Origin: Lepidodermella squamata
Lineage: Eukaryota > Animalia > Gastrotricha
Assembly (NCBI GenBank): GCA_047495785.1
Contig: JBLDXI010000010.1
Coordinates: forward strand, 992,001-1,056,000
DNA length: 64,000 nucleotides
Direction of reading: 5' to 3'
Shown here: positions 35,020-45,908 of the stretch, piece after piece
Numbering within the stretch: the stretch's first letter is position 1
How the letters are laid out: each line of letters opens with the position of its first letter
Made by a program: the position numbers and the translations under genes
The notes under the pieces: generated by a model
The model's database searches: none
What the model saw: only the letters and a program-made list of their open reading frames with translations
Told to the model about the DNA's origin: nothing

Positions 35020-37278
35020 ATGAGAACTTGCCACATCTTGACCATTTTCCTATCAATTCACATCTTCCCATGTGATGGCCAGAGGAAATATAAACTTTAC
35101 ATGCCCGGCTTGCTTCAAACATCACTTTACCCTGCTTGTAATGCTACGTTTCATGTCGTGGCTCAATTCGTCAATTCCAGGCGCGAGATCTTGCCGGAAT
35201 ACGAAATCATACCCGATGTTCAAGATATTGGTTTGAATTCCTCCCTAATGAATCGACTAGCTGTCGAGTTTTTCGACAAAAGCCTACCCGAGAACAGCTT
35301 CATAGCCCCGGTTATTACAGGACCTGATGGGATTTGCAATGAAGCAGCTTCAACGATGCGAAGTCTAGGATTCATTGAAATTTCACCAAGCTGCAATGGG
35401 GTTTACATAACCTCTAATAGATGGAAGCTATTCAACAATCTTTACTCGGTTCAAAGCCCGAATATCCAGACCATCTACCCAGCCCTAGAAGCTATCAAAA
35501 ACATCGGAGGTTGGAAACGAGTAGCAATCATCACAACTTTGAATAATCGAAACACTCCGATAGCAGCGCAGACTCTTCAAACCTATCTTACGTCAAACGG
35601 TGTTGATGTTTTGAAGTACATCATGGTGTACGATATGAAATCTCTGACATCGGAAGACTATTCAGCCTTGAGAGCAGTGAGAATCATTGTCGTGATTGGG
35701 TCCGGGGCTGTGGATTGCCGACAATTTCTTTGCAGCGCTTATGAAAACGGTATTAGGCCCCCTCTATTTCATTTCGTAATGTGGGGAGTGAGTTGCCTGC
35801 ACATCTCAATTGATAAGAGTAATGCATTGCCAAGCAATTGCTCGCAAGATATGCTGGATCAACAGTTGGCGGCAACTTTCTTCGTTGGAGCTCCGACAAA
35901 CCCTGGCATTTCAAGTGGCCGCAACTCTCTGGGCTACAACGTCCAGGAATTCGATGGCAAACTGAAGGAAGAGCTCATTGAAGTCAGGCGGGCAAATCGA
36001 TCTATGATCGACTATGCCCTTCGATTCACATGCCACGATGCCTTTATGTACTCAATCCTTGTTCTGGACAAAGCGGAAAAACTTCTAAGGTCGAAATTCA
36101 ACTCTTCGGTCCGAGATTTCACACGGTCAACCGAACTGATTTACGACGTGGTAAATGCAACAGCTTCGCAGATTGATTTTGTCGGATTCCGGGCTACCCG
36201 TGACGACAATGGTGCACTTAAGGACGAATTGGTGATCATGCAGTTCGAGAGGGGCTCTCCACGCCTTCTAAGTGAATTAGCATCGAATCAATCAACATCC
36301 GTCTTCATTCAGAGGACTGAACCAATCTGGGCGACTAAATCAGGCCGCCCACCAAAGGATCTTACCCAGATTGAGCAACGTATATTTACATGTCCTGGAG
36401 ATCTGACTGATGCTATTTGGATACTGGCTAGTGTCCTGTCTATTCTACAAGCCGTCCTATACGCTATTTCCTTCAAAAGGAAAGCTGACCTGTTTTACGG
36501 ACGAGGGAAGAAGCTATTAGTTGTATTAGGCTGTTTTAGCCTCAATGCTTCATCGATTTTTCTATTCGTAGGCAGAAATTCCTCGCCGGATGATGAATGT
36601 AGATTGAGGCCTCTCCTAACCGTTGTAGGATCTTCTTTAATCCACTCCGTAATATTCGCTCAAATTGTTGGTTATGCGAAGCTTATCAGGTACGGCCGGC
36701 CTTTTACAATAAGAGCTCAAACAGCCTCTGCGAGCTCATCTACTAGCTCGAATTATTCCACTTCGAAGAAAGACATCCCGATTGTAAGTCATCGCCGCAT
36801 GAATGAAGCGCAGATCATTGTTGCGATTTTCGCCTCTTTCCAAGTATGCCCCATTGCTGTTCTAATCTGGTTAGGCTTCGACCCTATGACTATCAAGAAA
36901 TGGCTGTCTCCTGTCACTTTTGATTACGAGAATGACACCTATTACAATGTCGCATATTCCGTTTGTTTGTCAGACCATGCACCTGGATGGATAGGATTTT
37001 TCCTAATTTACAACTACTTGTTGCTGCTAGCCGCGAATGCAATGTCTTTGATTTGTCTGAAACGCAGCTTGCCGAATAGAATCGCGGATAGCTGTGCGAA
37101 GATGCGAGTTGCGGCGGCGAATGCTGTTGTGGTTATCACGGCGATATTGCTCCTTCTACTTGCTTTCGGGTTCTCTGACATCACGTTGTGTAGTTCTGTA
37201 ACCATTCTCGCTTTCGGTGATATTTTCTACTCAGCGTCGATGGGTTTCATTTTACTGACACCCAGGCTACGCACCTAA
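35020..37278 (+). CDS. Intronless GABA-B-like class C GPCR (752 aa)
   Basis: Signal peptide, VNSRREILPEYEI, WATKSGRPPKD stalk, 7 TM segments with WLGFDP and TM3/ECL2 Cys; ends 4 residues after TM7. Confidence 0.9.
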   Translation: MRTCHILTIFLSIHIFPCDGQRKYKLYMPGLLQTSLYPACNATFHVVAQFVNSRREILPEYEIIPDVQDIGLNSSLMNRLAVEFFDKSLPENSFIAPVITGPDGICNEAASTMRSLGFIEISPSCNGVYITSNRWKLFNNLYSVQSPNIQTIYPALEAIKNIGGWKRVAIITTLNNRNTPIAAQTLQTYLTSNGVDVLKYIMVYDMKSLTSEDYSALRAVRIIVVIGSGAVDCRQFLCSAYENGIRPPLFHFVMWGVSCLHISIDKSNALPSNCSQDMLDQQLAATFFVGAPTNPGISSGRNSLGYNVQEFDGKLKEELIEVRRANRSMIDYALRFTCHDAFMYSILVLDKAEKLLRSKFNSSVRDFTRSTELIYDVVNATASQIDFVGFRATRDDNGALKDELVIMQFERGSPRLLSELASNQSTSVFIQRTEPIWATKSGRPPKDLTQIEQRIFTCPGDLTDAIWILASVLSILQAVLYAISFKRKADLFYGRGKKLLVVLGCFSLNASSIFLFVGRNSSPDDECRLRPLLTVVGSSLIHSVIFAQIVGYAKLIRYGRPFTIRAQTASASSSTSSNYSTSKKDIPIVSHRRMNEAQIIVAIFASFQVCPIAVLIWLGFDPMTIKKWLSPVTFDYENDTYYNVAYSVCLSDHAPGWIGFFLIYNYLLLLAANAMSLICLKRSLPNRIADSCAKMRVAAANAVVVITAILLLLLAFGFSDITLCSSVTILAFGDIFYSASMGFILLTPRLRT

Positions 37279-37632
37279 TTAAAAGAAAATAAATAATTGA
37301 ACTGTATCGAGTGCTTCTTATTTCATAATTTCAGGGTGATCTCAATCGACAAAATGTTAAGTTCACTCGCAAGTGGGGGTTTCTTTTGCGAGAATAATGA
37401 AGCCTCGTGAAGGGCGCACTCGCTCGAAGGCTAATTTGCGCTAGAAACGAACAAAATACGTGATTCCGTGCGCCCTATGCATCGAAACCAGACATATTAG
37501 CTATCTCGCAATTGGATCAAGGTGATCTTCAGCCAGTTTTAACGATGGAATATGATTCTCATCGCTATAAAAAGAATTTCTATAGAAAACGACTTGAAAG
37601 TTCACAATCGACGTCAAACATTTTTTCTTATC

Positions 37633-39903
37633 ATGCTGCTGGAATTAGTAATAAGTTTAGGAATTGTCTGTCCGGTTGGCGCCGCTGCTACAACCAGGAG
37701 TAAGTTGATAATACCAGCTTTGCTTCAAAAGGTGAATTACCCAGCCTGCACGGCGACCTTCAACTTGGTGATTGAACAGGCTAGAATCAAAGGCGACATA
37801 CTGCAGGACTATGACCTCATCCTCGACATTCGAGATGTTGGACCAGGTGCGATGTATCAAAACAGTATGGCTATATCCGCTTTCGAGAAACCACTTGATG
37901 CTGGGACATTCATAGCCCCCATGATAACAGGACCAGATGGTGCCTGCAATGATGCTGCAACTATGCTGAGAGGTCTCGGGGTAGTGCAAGTTTCCCCAAG
38001 TTGCAATGGTGCGTACATTACCACAAGAAGACGCTGGCTTTACAATAACTTATATTCTGTGCAGAACCCCATAATTCGAACTATTTATCCCACATATGAA
38101 GCGATTCGCCGAATTGGTGGGTGGAAGCAAGTTGGAATATTTTTTCCTTGGCAGAATCGTAACACGGCCATTTCAGCAGAAGCACTTCATTCTTTTTTTA
38201 CGTCGAATGGAATTCGAGTTCAGCAATATATCGGCGCATTTACAGTATCGGCCATGACTCCTGGGGATGCCCAACTCTTGAAAAGTGTTCGAATTATTGT
38301 TGCGACTGTAGCCGGAGCAATAGAATGCCGCCAGTTTCTTTGCATTGCCTATCTAAATGGGATAAGGCCCCCTTTCTACTCGATCATAATTTGGGGGAAT
38401 ACATGTCTTACAGCTTCACTAGATACTTCTAATTCCCTGCCAGATAATTGCACTCAGAAGATGATGGACGAAGCACTTTCAGCGACAATTTTTGTTGGGG
38501 CACCCAATTCGCCTCTGAGGACAGAAATCAAAAGTGCATTTGGCTACAACGCCAATGACTTTGAGGCAATGCTAAGCCAACAATTAGCGAACTTTTCTGG
38601 GCCAATGATAGACTATTCCAACCGCTATGCTTGCCACGATTCTTTGCTAGCAACTTTGCTAACCCTTAACGCATCTGACTCGATCTTGAAATCAGAATAT
38701 AACATGTCACTTCGGGATTTCAAAAGTAACCCAGAAGTAGTATTCAAGGTTGTCAACAGGACATCGCTGAAACTGGAGTTTCAAGGACTTCGGATCGGCC
38801 TCGTGAAAGCGGATGAGAATGCTGAGGTAAATGAAGACCTGGTCATAATGCAAGCTGTGAATCGTAAGCCGCAAATCATCGCTCAGTTGATCGTGGATAA
38901 CAGTAAGACCAAAGTCAGTTTCGACTTCTTACAGCACAACGTCGCTGTATGGCCGACAAAATCTGGCAAACCACCTAAAGATTTGTCGGTCATTGAGCGA
39001 AGGATGCCAAAATGCGGCTCGTCCGTTCTTTATTCAATCATTACCTTCGCGGCTATCGTCACTTTCGTCTTACTTTGCTTGCTTCTCAGATCGTATCGAC
39101 AGAAAAGTGACACTTTCTTCTATATGGCTAACAAATTTGTTGTTGCATTAGCTGGGTTGGTGTTGAATGCATCTTCAGTCGTCTTTGTATTTGGACCAGA
39201 GTATTTCCCTGAAATTGAATGCCGAATAAGACCAGCATTATCTGTTGTTGGCTCGACTTTGCTTCACTCGATCATTTTCTCCCAGATTCTCGCCTATTCG
39301 AAGCTAATCAAGTTCGGGAAAAGAACAATAGAGCAAGGAGCTCGTACAACAACTTTCTCTAGAATTTCAATTTCAAGTGTGGGAGCGAAGCTGTCGAACA
39401 ACGATCTGTTAATCCTGAGCAACGTTGGCAAAGTCAACACACAAATAGCCCTCGCAACATCTGTCCTATGCCAGATTAGCATTATTGGCCTACTGATTTG
39501 GCTTGGCTTCGATCCGCTCTCTCTCCGATATCTATTGTCAGACGTATCATTCGATGACACTGCTGATACGTATTTCGACGAGTTAATTGCTGTATGCTGG
39601 TCTAATACGGCGAACTACTGGATTTGGGCTTTTGTCGGTTATCAGATCGCCCTGTTACTCGGCGCTAATTTTCTATCCCTAAGCTTGGGCAAGAGACATT
39701 TGCCGAGTGAAATGAACTTGAGCAGCAAGCTCATCAGAATTGCGGCAAGTAATGGGCTCGTCGTAATGATTGCCTCGATTTTGATAATGCTCATAATGAC
39801 AACATCAGCATCAGCATGTGTTGGCAATATTGTTGTGGCAATCGGTCAATTGATATATTCCCTAACGACTTGTGGAATAATTTTGTTTCCCATTCGAGTT
39901 TGA
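37633..39903 (+). CDS. Intronless GABA-B-like class C GPCR (about 756 aa from MLLELV)
   Basis: Same architecture. The ORF is open from 37552, but the signal peptide starts at ATG 37633. Confidence 0.9.
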   Translation: MLLELVISLGIVCPVGAAATTRSKLIIPALLQKVNYPACTATFNLVIEQARIKGDILQDYDLILDIRDVGPGAMYQNSMAISAFEKPLDAGTFIAPMITGPDGACNDAATMLRGLGVVQVSPSCNGAYITTRRRWLYNNLYSVQNPIIRTIYPTYEAIRRIGGWKQVGIFFPWQNRNTAISAEALHSFFTSNGIRVQQYIGAFTVSAMTPGDAQLLKSVRIIVATVAGAIECRQFLCIAYLNGIRPPFYSIIIWGNTCLTASLDTSNSLPDNCTQKMMDEALSATIFVGAPNSPLRTEIKSAFGYNANDFEAMLSQQLANFSGPMIDYSNRYACHDSLLATLLTLNASDSILKSEYNMSLRDFKSNPEVVFKVVNRTSLKLEFQGLRIGLVKADENAEVNEDLVIMQAVNRKPQIIAQLIVDNSKTKVSFDFLQHNVAVWPTKSGKPPKDLSVIERRMPKCGSSVLYSIITFAAIVTFVLLCLLLRSYRQKSDTFFYMANKFVVALAGLVLNASSVVFVFGPEYFPEIECRIRPALSVVGSTLLHSIIFSQILAYSKLIKFGKRTIEQGARTTTFSRISISSVGAKLSNNDLLILSNVGKVNTQIALATSVLCQISIIGLLIWLGFDPLSLRYLLSDVSFDDTADTYFDELIAVCWSNTANYWIWAFVGYQIALLLGANFLSLSLGKRHLPSEMNLSSKLIRIAASNGLVVMIASILIMLIMTTSASACVGNIVVAIGQLIYSLTTCGIILFPIRV

Positions 39904-40760
39904 GCTATCAAACTTTGAAATGTCAAGCTGGCTGTCTTGGCATACATATTCCCTACTGCCTAGCACTACTGAGCTGTGGAATTGTTGCGAATTGACTGTA
40001 TTTAATATAAGATTTTCATTTTCATCATTTTTCTCTTTGATATTCGTATCACTATTCCTATTTTGTTCATGCTTTTAAGACTGCTTCGCAATTTTATCAA
40101 GATTCCTGGTGGGCTTTTCGATATTCTATCAATCTTTAGGTCAAGAGTGCGGTGAACTCATTAAAAATAGTCATATCGAATAAAGTAGTAGCTAAAACAT
40201 TCTCCATTGTAAGTAAAATCATGTTCAAATTATTGATGATTCATCAATTTTGGAGCTTATAGAGCCATTGCCTATCCTTTTCTACGATCACATAGAATCG
40301 TTAGGCAATACGCAGCATGAAATAGGCAAACGCACAGCCTGATATTGAAAACGAAACCCCTCAGTCGCTCGCCCGAGAAAAGCACACAGTTTGATTTTTA
40401 GACGTCGTCACGTTCTCGACCCGATTCCTGTGACTTATTTTCAGCCAGTGAAAGAGGGCGTGAGCGGACGGACTTGAACGAGCCTGGAAATGTGATCGAA
40501 GGCTAATTAGCGTATCACGAAAAACATTACCGGAAATGTGGCAAAAACTGCTAACGAAGTGTTATTCCGAATGCTGCTCAAGAATGACGAAGGTATGGAA
40601 ACGTACATTAGCCATCTCATTCAGAAGGCGTGGGGATTTTCTGCCAGGTTTAGCGCTGGAAAATGACTATTAAAGATATGAAAATGTCGACAAAACGCCG
40701 CGCAACATTCACTGCAGAGTCACGATCATCATCAGGCTGAAAATTTTTACCTATGGATCC

Positions 40761-42995
40761 ATGTTTAAAATGTTGAGAACAGCTATTTTCTTGGGTATTG
40801 TGAACTGGATGGGCACGAGTAATGCAACAAGGAGTAAGTTGATAATTTCAGCTTTGCTTCCTATTCCAAGTTACCAAACCTGCATCGCTACATTCAACTT
40901 GGTTGTAGAAAGGGCTCGAATAAAGGGCGATATTTTACAAGATTACGACCTCATCCTTGAAATTCGAGACGTTGGGCCCGCAGCAATCTATCAAAGCAGT
41001 AACGCTATATCGGCTTTCGAGAAACCACTTGGTGCTGGAACGTTCATAGCCCCGGTGATAACCGGACCAGACGGAGCCTGCAACGAAGCCGCTACTGCAT
41101 TCAGAGGTCTCGGAATCGTTCAAATATCCCCGAGCTGTAATGGCGCTTACATAACAACAAGAAGACGCTGGCTTTACAATAATCTCTATTCTGTGCAGAA
41201 CCCCGTAATTCGAACAATTTATCCTACATTTGAAGCGATTCGGCGAGTTGGTCGATGGAAGCAAGTCGGAATCTTTTTTCCATGGCAAAATCATAATACA
41301 GCTGTTTCAGCAGAAGCGCTTCACTCTTTCTTGACATCGAACGGAATTCAAGTCCAGCAATATTTGGGGGCCTTTACAGTAGGGTCTATGACCCCTGGGG
41401 ATGTGCAGTTACTCAAAAGCGTTCGAATTATTGTTGCCACTGTCGCCGGAGCTCAAGAATGCCGTCTTTTCTTGTGCATTGCACATCTGAATGGAATAAG
41501 ACCTCCTTTATACTCGATCATAATGTGGGGAACGGCGTGTCTTACAGCGTCATTGGACACAACCAATTTTCTGCCGGAAAATTGCACTCAGAGGATGTTA
41601 GACGAAGCACTGTCTGCAACAATTTTCGTTGGGGCACCGAATTGGCCACTGAAAACAGGAGCTCCAAGTTCTTTTGGCTACAACGCAAGTGAATTCGAGA
41701 GGATGCTAGGGGAGAAATTAGCAAACCACTCGGGGCCGATGATAGATTACTCCAATCGCTTCACTTGTCACGATTCAATAATGGCATCTTTGCTGACCCT
41801 CAACGCATCCGAATCGATCCTGAAATCAGAATATAACATGTCACTTCGCGATTTCAAGAGCAACCGAGAAACGGTATTCAAGGTCGTCAATTCAACAGCA
41901 CTGAATCTCGTTTACCAAGGGCTTAAGATTGGTCAAATGAAAACTGATGAAAACGCAGAGTTGAACGAAGATCTTGTCATTATGCAAATAGTTAATGGCA
42001 AGCCGCAAATGATCGCTCAGTTGATCGTCGATAACAGTAAAAGTAAGGTCAGTTTCGACTTTTTACTCCACAATAACCCTGTTTGGCCGACGAGATCCGG
42101 GAGACCACCTCAAGATTTGTCTGTCATTGAGCGTAGGACTCCGAAATGCGGCTCGTACATACTATATTCAATTGCTTTTCTTGCTGCTATAGTCACTTTT
42201 ATCCTAGCGTGTTTGCTTATTTTGTCTTGTCGACAGAAAAGTGACACGTTTTACTACATTTCCAACAAATTTGTTGTTGCTATAGCTGGGATGGTGTTGA
42301 ATGCATCTTCAGTCGTCTTGGTTTTCGGAGTTGAGTACTTCCCTAAAATTGAATGTCGAATGAGACCAGCGTTATCTGTTATCGGCTTCACAATGCTTCA
42401 TTCAATAATCTTCTCGCAAATTCTTGTCTATTCGAAGTTGATGACGTTTGGAAAGAGATCACGTACATCTTTGGTATCAGCACCTAGACTATCTGGCAAC
42501 AGCGTTGTAATCCTGAGCCATATTGGCAAAACTAACACGCAGATTCCTCTTGCTAACTCTGTCATTTTTCAGGTTAGCATAATTGGCCTACTGATTTGGA
42601 TTGGCTTCGATCCGCTATCTCTCCGTTACTTCGAAACAGAGGTTTCATTCGATGAGGTTGCTGATACGTATTTTGATGAGATAATTGCTGTATGCTGGTC
42701 GAATACCGCCAACTATTGGATTTGGGCCTTTCTTGGGTACCAAAGCGCCCTGTTACTCGGTGCCAATATTCTCTCCTTCAGCTTAGGCAAGAGACGATTG
42801 CCGAAGGAAGTGAAATGGAGCAGCAGGCTTATTAGAATCGCCGCGATAAATGGGCTAGTCATTATGATTGCCTCGATTTTGATCCTGCTCATAATGACTA
42901 TCTCGACGTCATCATGCGTCGGCAATACTGTTTTGGCAATCAGCCAATTGCTATACTCTCTATCAACATGCGGAATAATGTTGTTCCCCCGTTAA
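40761..42995 (+). CDS. Intronless GABA-B-like class C GPCR (744 aa), closest paralog of 37633
   Basis: Colinear and highly similar to 37633, including upstream and downstream non-coding blocks. Confidence 0.9.
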   Translation: MFKMLRTAIFLGIVNWMGTSNATRSKLIISALLPIPSYQTCIATFNLVVERARIKGDILQDYDLILEIRDVGPAAIYQSSNAISAFEKPLGAGTFIAPVITGPDGACNEAATAFRGLGIVQISPSCNGAYITTRRRWLYNNLYSVQNPVIRTIYPTFEAIRRVGRWKQVGIFFPWQNHNTAVSAEALHSFLTSNGIQVQQYLGAFTVGSMTPGDVQLLKSVRIIVATVAGAQECRLFLCIAHLNGIRPPLYSIIMWGTACLTASLDTTNFLPENCTQRMLDEALSATIFVGAPNWPLKTGAPSSFGYNASEFERMLGEKLANHSGPMIDYSNRFTCHDSIMASLLTLNASESILKSEYNMSLRDFKSNRETVFKVVNSTALNLVYQGLKIGQMKTDENAELNEDLVIMQIVNGKPQMIAQLIVDNSKSKVSFDFLLHNNPVWPTRSGRPPQDLSVIERRTPKCGSYILYSIAFLAAIVTFILACLLILSCRQKSDTFYYISNKFVVAIAGMVLNASSVVLVFGVEYFPKIECRMRPALSVIGFTMLHSIIFSQILVYSKLMTFGKRSRTSLVSAPRLSGNSVVILSHIGKTNTQIPLANSVIFQVSIIGLLIWIGFDPLSLRYFETEVSFDEVADTYFDEIIAVCWSNTANYWIWAFLGYQSALLLGANILSFSLGKRRLPKEVKWSSRLIRIAAINGLVIMIASILILLIMTISTSSCVGNTVLAISQLLYSLSTCGIMLFPR

Positions 42996-44193
42996 GTTTG
43001 AGCTCATCAAACGTTCAAATTGTTTAAATTTGAATTTTGTTTCCACGCGCACTTTCTGCTGGATGATTTGCTGGATGAGAATTATTGTGACTCAATTGAA
43101 AACAAGTCTCTCCTGCAAGTATTTCAAATCGATTTATTATCCCCAGGAAATACTACAATTCTATGTTATCAATAACTTTTCAGTCTCACTATTAAACGAT
43201 TGGCCCGCAACTATTTCTGTCCCGAATTTCTGATGCGGTTTTAAGCGGTTTTTAGCAATCGCTAGGTCTTTAGTGCGGTGAACAACTACTGTAACAACGA
43301 GTTTTCATTGACATGTATTCCTCTCGAACCAGCCGCAGATGCATGGTAAACCAGAAAATAGCCCTCTCTATTCAGATCGGTTTTAAGACAAGCAACGTCA
43401 GTTCAGCAGTGATTTCTGCAGCCATTTAACTCCGCCGACTCCGCAGGCCAGGCCACGTGACAGATGGAAGCCAGGCGCGCTCCCTGTTACCCAGGAGTTA
43501 CTCAGAGCAGACGGGTGTTATGGCGGGCAAAGATGACAGATGACATGGCCATTATTGAAAACCAGCGTGACATGAGATTAAGTTGTAACTTTTTGGCGGA
43601 AAGTGAGATTAAACGTAATTTTGAGTGCTGCCATGAAAACCGGCTCTAAAAGCAGAAAAACTTGGTTAGCTCGCTGAACTACAACAAGAAATAATTTCAC
43701 ATTTCCCCTGCTACTTTCCTAACATATTTCTCAACGTCGACTTTATTTTCTTATTTCTTCTTTCATTTACTCTTATTTTTCCTTTTTCCCGACATCATTT
43801 GACGCGACAGTTGACTGTAGCAATTAGCAATTAGCATCATGTTAGCTCACGAAAACTCGCCCGCCAAATATCTCACGCAAAACCTGGCTGCTTTAACATT
43901 ATGCTGCATTCATAAAAAATGATCATAATGGCGAGAATAGCGTTGAGATGATAGCGTATGATATGAATAAAGGCCGACCTAGCTGTACTGAATGGAAGTT
44001 ACAGAAACTTACTGACTCAGGAGTGACGTGACAAGTGAATAGCGGCGTCTGCACGTATGTCTACGTGAATGAAAAGGAAAAAAACATCTCCGTTTTACTT
44101 GACACCTGAAAACTTAAACTATAGCAAAAACATCCGGTTTGTTAACGACGCTAATGATATTTAATTCACTATCTGTGTTTTCATTTGTTCAAA

Positions 44194-44871
44194 ATGATCA
44201 CCAGAGTTGCCGTTGCTGCTTTCATTGCCGGAGCCGCTGCTTGCCCACCAAGCAACATCGGGCCACCCTGCTCTACTGCCTCAGGATTAGGTTGCTACGC
44301 GACCTGGCTTCAACAGGACACCGGAACTCCCAATTCTGTAATTTATTAATTCGAAAATTCAAGACCTATGTAATAATAGTATGGTATTCAAAGTTCAGGG
44401 TCTGCACGACCAAGACCTCCGGTGATGTTGTAACACCCATCTGCACCACGACTGGCAGCTGCGTTTCCGTTGGTGGCACAAGTGGCTCGACCTCATACCT
44501 TTCATTCAGCGCCTGCTGCACCTCGCTGAGCAAATCCCTCACCTACGCCACAGTGACGTTCTATTCGACCTCTATCTCGTTGGGTATCTGCTTCGCCAGC
44601 TCATTCCAGTACCGCAAGGTCATCTCAAATTCTGATACCTACTGCATGGACATGCCTGAGAGTACCAGATATTTTTCCCTCCCAGCTGGCGTAAGTTGAT
44701 ATTTCTTACTCTTTGCTGAATCAAATTGATTTCTGTTGCTTACAGTCAGCTGGCTACAACTCTTTTCAAGCATGTTGCAAAGCTGCCCCAGCAAGTACTG
44801 CCAAATACACACTCGAAACCATGTATTCCCTTGGCATGGCCGTCATGATGTGCAGCGCTGACGACAGCTGA
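44194..44871 (+). CDS. Small secreted Cys/Ser/Thr-rich protein, paralog C (188 aa)
   Basis: Exons 44194-44337, 44394-44690 and 44746-44871. Same TTGTTCAAAATG start context, AGAAACPPS, YLSFSACC, YRK..S...YC...PEST and MxCSA motifs as paralogs A and B. Confidence 0.85.
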
Positions 44872-45908
44872 TATGTCGACAGAACGAAACATTTGCGACA
44901 AGTGGCTAGTGGCAAGTTATGGACTTGCCACTAGCTGAAAATCTCCCCATTAAAAGCCACTGGGCAGGAGATGTGGCCAGCAACAAATCACAGAAAAAAT
45001 GGCTATTTTACACATAATAAAAGATTTGTGCACTAGGTTATAGAGCGGACATTTTCACAGCGCCTTACATGAATTTAGTAAACAAATTCTTAAACATTAC
45101 CAGCTGTGTTGCGGTTTTAATTTCCGCTGTTATGAATCTTTATTGTTGAATCACGTTGTCTTTCATCTCTGTGAATCTCCAAAACCCATTCACGGACTTC
45201 GGCGTGTTTCAAAGTATAATTCCCGAATTTGGTAGACCGAAATCGCCCAAATTGAGCGAGTATGCAGTTTAGGTTCAGAAGTGAAGCTTTTATGCAGATT
45301 TATGGCACCCTCGAGTGATTCTTATTTTTTGTCTTTTTTGACTTTGAGCAACGATGGCTCCCTAATGGTGAGGAATTGGCTCATGAGATTTGTTGAGCTT
45401 ACTGGAATGGGCTCTGACTGTTAATGGTCCAAATATGAGCCCGGAGAACCTCAAGGTTATAGAATGATAAGCAATTGAAAAAACGGAACTTTTTTATGCC
45501 GATTTAGGTAACCTTACCCTAGCCGTTTATTAAAAACAATCGCACGTTTTTACTCAATAATTGAACAAAAAGGGGACCCAGTCTTTCCCATCCACTTAAG
45601 TCATAAGGCGAGTGAAACGGCAGGTCTAATGTCTAGGCCCAGGTCTAGGTCTAGGTCTAGGTAAGGACGTGACCTATTAGGCGGTCAGCTCCAAGTCTGA
45701 CGTAGGTCGCGAACGTGCTGTATAGAAGGGAAATGTGTCTGCACTCTACGTCTTACGTCTTAAGCTAACAGCGGCTGTCCAAAGATGTTTCCCAGCTGCA
45801 CTAATTTCACATCTGAACGTGTCGCTATATAGGCAGTCTTCTCCTCCGTATGACACGAACTGATTTCTTTCTTCCTTCAAATTATTTCTTGCTATTTCCA
45901 ATCAAAAA

